A DNA stretch of 64,000 bases from Octopus bimaculoides. Lineage: Eukaryota. Location of the stretch: NCBI RefSeq assembly GCF_001194135.2, contig NC_068988.1, forward strand, positions 4,615,930 to 4,679,929, given 5' to 3'. The position numbers and the translations under genes are program-made. Shown piece by piece: positions 52,401 to 64,000 of this stretch (the first letter of the stretch is position 1; the number at the start of each line of letters is the position of its first letter). The notes under the pieces were generated by a model. That model saw only the letters and a program-made list of their open reading frames with translations. It was not told where the DNA came from and made no database searches.

Positions 52401-54010
52401 GCTTCCTTTACAAACTATATATATTACAACGTGCAGATGCACGTTGGGATTTTGAGAGGAGAGCTAATATGATTGCACTAGCAGTAGACTCATGAGTTTG
52501 CTGGATGCTTTTACTTTTGAAAAAACATTTGTATCCTAAACATAGTTGTTTCTACGTTCACTAACCATTTTTTCTTTTCGCGTTTTTAGAAAGAAATGCG
52601 TACCCTTATCAATATTCTTAAATATATTAGACTGACGTATGTGCTTTACTCAAAAGCTAAAGAATCGCGGTTTATGGTCCCGGTAATCTGATGAGTAATT
52701 TATTTACATTGAGCAATAGAAAAATAGGCATTTTACTTTTGCTGCAATGAAGAAAAACTGTAGCAAGCAGAACTGAGTGGCTCACAGATTTGGATATCTT
52801 CTGTTTACGTTCAGGTAAGTGCATTCAATCGTGTATATATATACTTTCTCCAAAGGTAGTGTAACCTCACTAATACATAATAAAATATATCTTAAGCTAT
52901 TTCTAACTCTCGAAAGTTTAGTGTGCAAAAAGCTGTTGCCGCTGTGCCATTTTATACTGGAATGATGAACAGCTTTATTCAATAAAGGAATCAAGTAAAC
53001 TTGGTTAGAACTTAGAAAGATTTTTTTTTATTATAACCTGTAAATCATCGATGTAAATCAGATGTGCTATGATCTTACGAAAGAATGTAAAAAAATAAAT
53101 TCTTCATAAAATATATTTAAAGTACTCTAACAGAGCAACAAAAAAAATGAGTAGTTTAAGGAGTGTCTTTTTGAATAGATTGAGGTTTCCTTGTATTCGT
53201 ATAAAATGATACACAAATACGATGAAAAAGTGTATCGACTTTACCTGAATCTGTTTAACACTTAGTAAATGGTATCAAATTTCGATGTACTAGTTTTTCA
53301 ACATACAACACAACACAACTGATAATTCTAAACAAATACGTGAGTTTGAAGTTATTATCCCTTCAAATTACTTTACGAAGATCATTTATAGAGATGTGGA
53401 GTTGATAAAGTGTATCGAAGCTAAAATACCACTAATTTCACTTGACTAAAATTATATCTTTGTCGTGTCTGTTTGTTTCTGTATTTCTTTTACTCCTAAT
53501 TAATCAGAGGCAGAGATACATTAAAATTCAAAAATAATTGAAAATTTATGAACTCGTGACAAAACATTTAATTTGAAATAACATAATTCTTCAGGTAAAC
53601 TACAATTAGATATTTTTTAATGGAATATATAACATTTAATGGAATATAGAACTGCATTTTCCCTGATTAGAGTTGTGCGGGAATGTTTGCTGAAATTTAG
53701 GATAGGACTCAGTCAGCGCTTTTCATAGGGTAGAAAACGAAGGTTTCCTGAGAATCAATGTTTTAAGAAGATGGAGGATTAGTTCCAGACTATGGAATTT
53801 CTGAAAAGGAAAATTTCTGAAAATGGTCATAAAATTGATTCTAAACTTGCTCCGCATTACAGTTTAGGCTTCAAACAGTTAAAAAGTTATCTAAAATTGC
53901 ATATTTAGTGTTGTCACGTGTATACAACCAGCCAAAAGAATAACGGTAAACAAACTAGTGCTGAAATAGGTGAAAGAGATCTGAAGATGCAAATATTTCC
54001 TTTTACTTAC

Positions 54011-54146
54011 CAAAGTCTGCACCATGTTGACCCTCTGTCGTCTCATATGCTGTACAAAATTATGCACATCAACAATTCCTTCCTCGCGGGCTTGCTCTAA
54101 TTGAGCATCGATCGCTATATATGTTCCGGTGCGTCCAACCCCGGCA
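54011..54146 (-). CDS. Receptor-type protein tyrosine phosphatase (R2B-like), exon with D1 catalytic P-loop and start of Q-loop
   Basis: Minus strand ctttcag|T GCC GGG GTT GGA CGC ACC GGA ... CAG ACT TTG|gtaagt. The 136 nt read (S)[45 protein letters not shown], matching the PTP signature (HC)SAGVGRTG. Canonical AG/GT sites. Confidence 0.97.
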
Positions 54147-54999
54147 CTGAAAGAAAGGAAATTGTATCGGGATTAGATTACAAACAAAACTGAAAATATT
54201 TCAATTGTTAAATTCAACGGTTACACATTACCAATATCGCAAAACAATTATATTTTAATATGAGGAGACACTATTTAATAACAAGATATTTACCATTTTC
54301 CTTATGGTCATTTCGAGCGTTACCTTGTAAAAGATTTGATGTTACTGTCAGGTCACTGATGTAGAAAGGAATTTATTCCTTTTGTGTAGGTAAGTAGGTA
54401 GGTAGGTAGGTAGGTAGGTAGGTAGGTAGGTTTAGATAAACTTATGCGTTTTGTCTCGATAGGAAGATCAGCGGGTAGATAGGCACATTTGTAGAAAAAT
54501 ATTTCTGAATGTATATCTACGCTTATCACCTGAACTAATATGACTTGTCTAAATTAATGCAAATTCATCAAATTCTGTAATATAGAAACATTTCTGGAGT
54601 TTTTATAGATATTCTCAAAAAGAAAATAGTTTGTTTGTATAATTTATTGGAAAAAAATCCTCAGTGCCGAAACGTTTTTCTAAGCTACTAAACAGTGATC
54701 CCTATATTTAGATATGCAGATAAAAGTGTATATTTATGATCGCACGGTGTTTAAAGAAAATAATTATATAATTTTACATATTACTGGTCCATAATAAAAT
54801 GAGAATCAATGATTTTTGCCTTGACTTAGTTATTCAATTGGACGTGCAACGTGTAAGAAATATTTCAGCCATCTCATTCGTGTTTGGTTGAAGTAGAAAT
54901 ATTACATAATTGCACTCTTAGTAATGTTTTCACAGAAGTAATTATGAATATAGACTTCTAAGTTTTGCTATTTTCTGCAACGCATGTCATGTAGCTGTT

Positions 55000-55575
55000 T
55001 AAGAAGAAAATTATCAATGTTACTGACTGCCTTCTCAATTCACAAGAAGGCCTACTGTGCAACCCTTGTTGATTATGACAAAAGTTAGCAAATCGATTAT
55101 CGTTACATCAAGAAAATTTTCCGAGTAAATTGGATTAGGTTTCCAAGTAATGGCAGCAGCAATGTACGGACTTAGTGATAAGACAGAACAGCCATAAAAG
55201 TATGCCTTTACAGGGTTAGCTGGGAACTGAACAACACCACATATATGAAAAGCTCTCTGTGGTTTGGAGGGACAAATTCAACCCGAACTGGAAGCAGCAA
55301 CAACAGACACATCATTTCGCTGTTGTGGCAAGTGCATTTCTTTGCTGGACTAACAGAACACTTACAGTTCAGCAAAAAGGAGCCATCTCAAAAGGAGCAA
55401 TATTCTGGCATTAAAAATAAGAAAATACCAAACTCTTTGGAAGTGTTTAGTTGCAGCAGTACTTGGAACAGCTCATGGGCTGAGGAAAGTGTTGCGTCTC
55501 TGAGCTGCGGGATGGAATTGAGACCTGACATAGGTAAATAAGGAGAAGCTAAGTGATTATAATAATAATAATTTC
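55000..55575 (+). mobile_element. R4/Dong-clade LINE 3' fragment (restriction-like endonuclease region), decayed
   Basis: Frame-shifted remnants (P)DLVIR, GAISKGA and AVLGTAHGLRKVL in order, followed by (TAA)n at about 55557-55572. Confidence 0.65.
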
Positions 55576-56553
55576 TTCTTCTTGTCACAGAAGTATCAGA
55601 TGAGAGGGACTTTAGGACATTTTATTATTTGTATAAGGGTTCATATAAAAGATGAGAGCTAATTTCGGCACATGGCCAGCAATTCTCTCCAGTATTTGAC
55701 TGATTTTATTTTTACTTCCCTGAAAATATTAACGACAACAGTGACCTTGTCAGTATTTGAACTGAGAACATGAAGGGCGGAAACAATCCCGTAAAGCTCT
55801 TGCAAACGACCTTCATTAAATAATTTCTTACATAAAAATAAGCCTAGAAATTTAAGGAAGAGTTGGGTGGATACCATAAAATCCAACACTTGTATTTTAT
55901 TTTCTTGATCCCTGAAGAATGAAAAATGCAACTGACTTCGGTGGAATCTGCTGAATATAAAGAGCAGCAAGTAACAAACAAATAAAAAGGATTTTGTCCA
56001 ATGAAGTCACAGAGAAACGGATGATTGCTGAATTTGTTTTCAGGAACAGCACAGAAACCATTTAAATCGCTCGAAAACAATGTTATTGTATATGAAAGCT
56101 GAAATCAACATCGAAGAGGAACTATAGATAAGATTAACAGTCAAAACAGATTTGGAAATCAGACAATTGATTTCAGCAAAATAAACCTTAGGTTTTGTCA
56201 TCAACAGTCTGGAGCCTGTAACAGCTTGGGAATGCATTGGCGTATTTGAAACAATGTGGGAGAATTGTTAAGGTAATGTTGCAAACATGATTTTTATAAA
56301 CGCGAGAAACTGTTATAAAATAACGAAGAAAACATAAACAATATCAGAAAAGTATAAGAGACAACAGGTGTAGTTGGTGGCTTAGGCTTCCCTCTTTCAC
56401 TGGAATTACAGACGCGGTGACGCCGATAGGAAAGCATTTAGACCAATAGATATAGAAGCAAACAGATAGGCAGATAGATTGAGACAAACAGACAGACAGA
56501 CAGGCAGGCAGACAGACAGACAGACAGACAGATAGACAGGCAGGCAGGTAGGC

Positions 56554-56584
<31 letters not shown>

Positions 56585-57250
56585 TATATAGATAGATAGA
56601 TAGATAGATAGACAGACGCCAGAGCTTATAATGTGTTATGTTAAATCGTAAGAACTCATTGTCATTTTGGGAGAACATATCAAAGATATTCTATGACAGC
56701 AATGGTTAACTCCCTTGTGGTTACATGCTGTTATTAAGCAAAGCCTTACAGGTTTCTTATATGGGGTTATTAATGCTACCTAACTCCATCAGAGTGAACC
56801 AAATATATGCAGAGTCTCGAGAACCTAACAGACCGTCTGAAACAGTAGTGACAATAACTTGCCAGAAAATAGTACTGATGCCTATCGTCCATGCAGACAA
56901 TATTTTCCAGAATGAGACAAGGTAAATGCTTGAAAACAACGACAAATAACAATAAAATTATAGTAAGATTATTTATAGCTCCTCAAAGAGTAATACAGCA
57001 ATTAATCTAACTACAGAAGACTTAAGGGGCCACCTACATCAGCAAACAAAGGCACTCCACACGTTACCTTATATACAATACAAGTTACATAAGAGACCTT
57101 GCAGACTTCTGATAGAATCATAGATCAGGTTCAAGAACGTCACATATCAAAACATGTCATGTTATATTCTGACAGGATAGAAATAAAACATTGAACAATT
57201 GTAAAGATATTCACGAAGATATAACACCGTCGGTGCTACACACACACACA

Positions 57251-57335
<85 letters not shown>

Positions 57336-60300
57336 TCCCTCTGTCCGTCTGCCCAACTCTCTTTCTCTTTCTCGCTGTCTCTCTCCTTCTTTCACGCTGT
57401 GTCTGTCTATCTTTCTTTCTCTTTCACTGTATAAATGGTTAAAGACTAACACAGTAGTAAGTTTGCTCAAGTCACAGTTCCTGCAGAATCTAAATAGCGT
57501 TTACTTTTCGTGAGAATCAACTGAAATAACGAAGGAAAATAGTAACTCACGATATTTGCTCCTTTTACCATCGACACGTAGGGAAGTAGAAGGAAAGAGC
57601 TTAATAGCCCAAATGATTCAGCTCAAAGTGTTCCTAAACGTGTATTCGTGTCCCCTGTAATATGAAGGGAGTATCTATTTTTTTCTCAGTCGTTTTAATA
57701 CTTGAAACCTAAGTTCTTTGTGCAACTGAGAAATCTGAATGTAATAATTTCACGGAATTATAACAACATGTCTTAAACGATTCTACCTAAATAGTTTCTA
57801 CCCAGATATATAAGCTATCAGCACTTGTAAAATATTTAATCTATTTTGACGTATCTATCCCTATGTCCTATAATTTTTGTTATATAGACAGAAACAAGCA
57901 GATATAAACAAATTGTCTGCCAACAAGAGTGGGGTGATTTACAGTATACACGTTTACCACAATTTAATCTAAATTCTGACACATTATCTACTTTAATCTA
58001 TTTCTTGGAATTATGAAGCATGAACTGAAGTTTGTTTACGATCAAACTTGCCACAGGTATTATGGAAGCGTTGCTGTTGACATAACTGAAGAAAAGTGTC
58101 ACGATTTTCTTTATATTCTGAACAGCGTTTATTTAAAGAACATCTAGAATTTCTCCCGTTTCTTCTTTTTTGCTCATGAAATAAATGGTTAAGCATTACA
58201 TTGTAACGATCTCAGTTTATATTCCACTCATAAATTTCCATGGCTTTTTTTATATCCTTCACACTTCGAGGTGGGATAACATAAATGAAATTTATAAAGT
58301 TTTCAAATGTATCATCTTGAAATATGCTAGTTTTTTTACGGAATTTATTGTACACATATTTCAAATATTAATACCCTGTAAAGAAATGATAAGCTATTTC
58401 CTATAAAAAAAGATGCTCTAAAGTACATCCAAGACATCACAAAATACAAAAGAGTTTGGCTGACAAAAATATGACGATAAGTTAGACTAACTTATATCTG
58501 AATGTTCTCTATATTAATCGATAGTCGAGAGATATTAATATACCAGCTTCCATACTGAAGAAACGATGGCTTGTATTTTGATGTGTTTTATCCCGAAAAG
58601 GTGCCGTGCATTTACTACTATAAATGAGTACCATAAGTAAATGAAAACTAGTTGATGCGGGTTCCACATTCAAACGTCGTCATAAGCAAAAAAAGAAAAA
58701 AAAAGAAAAAGAAACTGTGATAAAGTAAAATTTCTAGTTGAGGACAATAGATATCTCTGAATCTTAAAGAGTATCTTTAACTCAACACTAATGAAGGATT
58801 CGAGCATCACTATGCAATATCAATGGCTAATCAATCGTCATTCCGGTAAAATGTTGATTTAGTCGCAAGACGTGTTTGAATTTACTTCGTAAGATATAAA
58901 CCTATGACCTCAATATACTTATGAATAATGTTTTAAAATACTACAGAATGTGTGTTAACACTTCCTCAAAACTATTACAATTTCTAAATGATGGATTATG
59001 CCCCACGATCAAAAGGAATCGAGGAATCGAAACTAAAATGTATAAAGTTGCCTGATTTTAGAACGTTCAAAAGTACAATACAAACATGTTATAATATAAA
59101 ATAATGAAATAAATCGATATATCTGATATTAAATAATATAGAAGGAATTTCTTGTGTGAAGTTCGCCAGACACATATGGCATCAATATTCAACCGTTTCT
59201 ATGAATTGATAATGTATTTGAATCCCTCATTGGTAGGTTAATTAAACCATTCGTGTAGTAAATAAATGTATCTTCTGTTTGCAGACGATGAAAATCGTGT
59301 TTTGCGTTTTCATACAAAATATGACTGCTGACTGAAATCCTTATATATCAAAAGAAACTCATTATTTTCTTTAACAATGAAAACGTCTGTAAATCTTTAA
59401 TTACGAGTCAAGAAGTGGGTCGTACTTTCGATCACTATCGATTTACTCTGCTTTACTAAGTGCTTTGTCAGCTAAACCACTCAGCGTTCCTTTTCAAATT
59501 CTGGTTAACATTATCATTAATGAATGACATTATTATTCACAAACTTCAATATTCTGATATTTTACTTTCAGTATTTCAGACATTAATCTTCATTCTTTAC
59601 CTATCATTTGCCATATTTCCTTTTCTCATCGTACACTAGTGATACTCTGCATATTTATTGCCGCCATTAAACACTTCAAATAGAGACCAGGTTTTTAATT
59701 TGAGTCACAATCTCCATTAACCATGTAATTACTGATAATTAATAACAATAGTTTAGAAAGTTAAGACCTCAATCAATAATTGATAAGTTTTTAATACTTG
59801 GTCTCAAGTCTAAGAAATTTGCTCTTTTTCCCCAGATGGACACGTTTAGCACAAGGTGACAATTCTATATTCAAATGGATAGTGATCATAGCGGTAAGGT
59901 CTACAATCAAGAAAAATCTTTGATATCGATCTATGATATACAAAGGCAGAATAATATTCTCGGGCTGTTTCATACTGCCATGTTTTATTTGAAGTTGTAT
60001 TCTAAATACGAGGTATTTAACATGCTGCAATGTTATGTCAGTATTTGCAAGCTTCTTCCTAATACAGCAATATTTCTTCACCTCGGAACTTGTAGGTGTT
60101 GTTGGGTCATTAATTATAAGGTAATGAATAATCAGAGAATGAAGAATTAATCAGATGCAAGTCAATCGCCTGGAGTTCATATCAAGAATATTATAAAAGA
60201 AACAAACAGCATCAAATATGTGTATGGCACTGAACATGTTTGAACTTATGTCCTTCTTTTGCATTCTAATATCTCGGCTACGTTAAACCAAACAACACAC

Positions 60301-60559
60301 ATATATATGTATATCTCTGTATGCTTGTGTGTCTGAAAATAAAACTTATGTATTTCTATACACCCTTACTACAGAATAACAAAAGAAGCTATGATACAGC
60401 AACATAAACACAAACATAAAAGCTTGACAATTGTCGTAATGATTGATATTGCAACAGTTTTTGGTTGAAATAAAGAAGGGGAAAAAAGAGATATAACAAG
60501 TCTGAGCTGTTGGCTGAAGCATGATAGTTTATCGCTATCGAAGTGTTAAAGAGGTAGGT

Positions 60560-61850
60560 ACCATTGTTAGAAGAAATCGGCATGTTTATAAATCCCGACT
60601 GAATGAGTTATGTTAAGCAGTAAAATGAATTGTTGCTTATGATGCAAACGAGAGACAAAAGATCTCTGGCACAGAACACTGCCGCAAGCTGCGAGCTGTA
60701 AGTGGAAGTGGTCAAAAGAATGACAGTAATGCGCTAAACGTCTGAGTAATCCAGTGTGTTTGAGACAAACATTCAATTGATGTTTTTTAATGCAGGTAAC
60801 CAGGTGGTGACAGCGTCATCACTATATAATCAATAGCTAAATTGATATTTTATAGTGTAAATGTTGTTGGAAGTTCAGATGAAACGGTCGGCAAAATGAT
60901 AGAACGAGGTTGTTTCGTGTTAGATGGAGATGTTTAAGTGTACATGAGACAACAGACAAAGGATCCATGTGAAGAACAAAAAATCTACAAACCCAAAGGG
61001 CTTGTAGTTGCATTTGAAAGAAGAGGTGGGTATTTAGGGAATTTGTGGAGAATAATGGGATTAGATTGAAGGAAACGAAGTTCCATAGTGTGGTTTAAAG
61101 GAAATTTAAAGTGATGAGATTAACAGATATAGTGTGAAAGGGAAGGCGGTTGGTTCCTGAACATGAGGACGGAGGCTAGGTTAACATTGCGGACGCAATA
61201 CAAGATAGTATCAATGACTAGTTGTGATGACTAATTCCTTTCAGGCAAATTGTAAATCATGTGGTGCACGTGAGCATCAAGGTCCAGAATCTCGGCTACA
61301 GAAGCTATGAGGCGGAGGAATTACATGGAGAAGTAATCAGATTTAATGTGAATGTAGTTGGATGGAGTAACATAGAATAAAAATTGAAATCAGTGGTTTT
61401 GTAAAAGACAAAAATAGAGAGATTGGGAAATATCCAGAGAGTTAAAAAGGAAAATGATGGAGATGGTAGAGGTTATATATCATGAAGGGCGAAGTGAGTT
61501 AATAAACTTGATGAAGTTTCAGCTGTTCGCGGGTAACGAAGACGCCATCGATAATATCACTGACGTCGCGAACATATAATTGTAAATGGGTCTGATGAGA
61601 AGGTGTAAACTTGGGTCGAAACAAGATCAACAATACTGAGAGAAACCACTGGAAAGAAGAAACAGTTGTGTGGAAAGGAACGACAAATGAGGTGTTGGAG
61701 AGTAGAGGTGCTGGGTTCGAGCGAAGAAGTACTTTAGGACTTGGAGACCATCATCATCGCCGTCAGGGAGTTTTCAGATTGACTACAACTGGTGGAGCAA
61801 ACAATTCCGTCAACTCACGAGAAAACATAAACAAGTAAATGTTAATATTC
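60560..61850 (-). mobile_element. Decayed Penelope-like element (RT + GIY-YIG)
   Basis: Minus strand YVRDVSDII (compare RYIDDI) near 61560, FYKTTDF (compare YKPTD) near 61395, and GIY-YIG-like tail SRLHHKQQFILLLNITHSVGI (ORF 60567-60776). Confidence 0.7.
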
Positions 61851-62502
61851 TTATAAACATTAAGAAATATTTGAAATTCAAATTCCTATTTAATCAATTA
61901 TGAAATATAGGAGATGAAAATTTGACCATTCTTTGTTAAGAAACAATAAACTGGAAACGAAAAACCAAATACTGTAAAGATTGAAGTAAATCTTTCGATG
62001 ATGACAGAGGATAATATCTGAAAAACTCGTATTTTCATACTTCTTGTCATTGTTACTTCTGATTTTCCCACAGAAACATAAATAGCCGAGTAGAATTGCA
62101 ACCAGAGATGGTGGAGGAGATGTTCTGCGGTGTTTTCATGTGCAAATTTTAAATGAATGTAAATATACCGTGTTGTCAATAAGATAGTTAGTGTGTATAA
62201 AAGGGTCATAAACTAGCAATTATATTGTAGAACAATAATGGATAATGGCAATACATTCGGATTGCTAAAGTTTTAAGATCGACAGAAAACACGTTAAATA
62301 TCCGTCAAAAGTCACAAATCCAAACTGGAATAATAATCACAAAGACAACAAAGAACAATGAAGTGTCTCCAATATATTTGATATTTACAGTTTCGTAAGT
62401 TTAGGACGATGACTTCTCCATTCAATTGATTAATCTTGTTTTGACTGAACAGAGACGAGAAAGATAATACTTACATATAACAACATGCATAATACGGGTG
62501 TG

Positions 62503-62534
<32 letters not shown>

Positions 62535-63830
62535 NNNNNNNNNNNNNNNNNNNNNNNNNNNNNNNNNNNNNNNNNNNNNNNNNNNNNNNNNNNNNNNNNN
62601 NNNNNNNNNNNNNNNNNNNNNNNNNNNNNNNNNNNNNNNNNNNNNNNNNNNNNNNNNNNNNNNNNNNNNNNNNNNNNNNNNNNNNNNNNNNNNNNNNNNN
62701 NNNNNNNNNNNNNNNNNNNNNNNNNNNNNNNNNNNNNNNNNNNNNNNNNNNNNNNNNNNNNNNNNNNNNNNNNNNNNNNNNNNNNNNNNNNNNNNNNNNN
62801 NNNNNNNNNNNNNNNNNNNNNNNNNNNNNNNNNNNNNNNNNNNNNNNNNNNNNNNNNNNNNNNNNNNNNNNNNNNNNNNNNNNNNNNNNNNNNNNNNNNN
62901 NNNNNNNNNNNNNNNNNNNNNNNNNNNNNNNNNNNNNNNNNNNNNNNNNNNNNNNNNNNNNNNNNNNNNNNNNNNNNNNNNNNNNNNNNNNNNNNNNNNN
63001 NNNNNNNNNNNNNNNNNNNNNNNNNNNNNNNNNNNNNNNNNNNNNNNNNNNNNNNNNNNNNNNNNNNNNNNNNNNNNNNNNNNNNNNNNNNCAATCATTC
63101 TAACATGAAAGTGAGCTTCGCTGAACATAATTCTATGTTCGATATAAGAAAAAACAAAACCAGCAAAGCTCACTGTACAGTCGTAATCTCTTTGCACCCG
63201 AGTTGTATAACTAAGCTTGAGAGTATAAAAATTATTTTCTTGCTTTCCAACAGCATTGCTCAAATGTAATATTTACTTTGTACTGATTCTATAAATTCTT
63301 CGTATCAATCGATAATATATATTAATTCTATAAAAGTTAACAGAAATGTAATTGTCTATTTGAAAATTAATTAAATCTCTATAAAATTTCCATTTATAAA
63401 TTGTCTTACTTTGAAAGCAATAACAGAGTTCCTGCTTGGCTGCTGACGTTAGGAATTTGGCTAAAGCCTGGCTGAGCCAAGACTTAGCTACTGGCTAACC
63501 CTGCTGCTATTTCTAATTTCATATCTTAAAAGTAAAGCAGTATACGATGATAATGAAATGGTGTTACAAACTATGACAAATCTCTGAAAAACTCGTATTT
63601 TCATACTTTCTCTCATTGAAGTTTTAAAATTCACTGGGTTCCATTTTCACACAAAATGCATTTAGTAAAAATAAAAATGAAATAACCTAGAGATCGTGAT
63701 TAAAGTCGAGAATAAACAAGTAATACTTGCTATTTATTTGGGAAAGGAACTGCGTCTACAAGTGCTCTACTACTACTACTACTAGTACTACTACTACTAC
63801 TACTACTAGTACTACTACTACTACTACTAC

Positions 63831-63880
<50 letters not shown>

Positions 63881-63882
<2 letters not shown>

Positions 63883-64000
63883 GGAAAAATGACAAAAACA
63901 TCTAATGTGAACCTTGACCAGCAAAATGTCATAAAAGAGTTAGAACCAGCGGAGAGCTACAAATACCTAGGGGTAATTGAAGGGGACAATATCAAGCATT
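63881..64000 (+). mobile_element. 5'-truncated R4/Dong-type LINE RT fragment, runs off the window
   Basis: KGKMTKTSNVNLDQQNVIKELEPAESYKYLGVIEGDNIKH (RT YKYLG motif) begins directly after (TAC)n(TAA)n. Confidence 0.75.

Noticed and set aside
56700-57170. Possible RTE-clade LINE remnant (FLYG, RRLK)
   Set aside because: The motifs are too short and degenerate to support a call.
61592-61630. CTGATGA...GAAAC hammerhead-like motif on the plus strand
   Set aside because: No stem I or stem III pairing, and it lies antisense within PLE RT coding remnants, so it is probably coincidental.
2243-63924. Most ORFs in the supplied track (YIYIYI, CVCV, THTH, SLSL and X-runs)
   Set aside because: They are translations of microsatellites or N-gaps, with no splice-consistent or domain-like content.
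54147-64000. Search for the upstream WPD/VHC exon
   Set aside because: No minus-strand ...HC-AG|gt was found. It is probably beyond 64000 or in the 62535-63091 gap.

Overview
This is AT-rich, microsatellite-dense eukaryotic DNA with 8 N-gaps. The SINE, Penelope, CR1, Tx1 and R4-Dong repeat content suggests an octopus (cephalopod) draft assembly; that assignment is an inference. The window lies within one minus-strand gene, a receptor-type protein tyrosine phosphatase of the R2B (PTPRK/M/T/U-like) type. Five GT-AG exons (54146-54011, 41344-41195, 23322-23223, 13645-13572, 11569-11435) splice in frame and run from the D1 catalytic motif (SAGVGRTG) into the D2 domain. The flanking exons were not found in the window. 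The long introns (2-18 kb) hold decayed Penelope-like elements (PLEs), CR1, Tx1, R4/Dong and Tc1/mariner fragments, three tRNA-derived SINE families and several foldback elements. Almost all ORFs in the supplied track are microsatellite or TE artefacts. The most interesting non-gene signal is a set of at least four structurally different hammerhead-ribozyme-like motifs. One sits directly downstream of a tRNA-like Pol III promoter inside a PLE 3' end, and two sit inside ORF-less palindromic elements. There is also an 821-bp TIR element with an atypical 7-bp target-site duplication. No prokaryotic systems or CRISPR arrays were seen.
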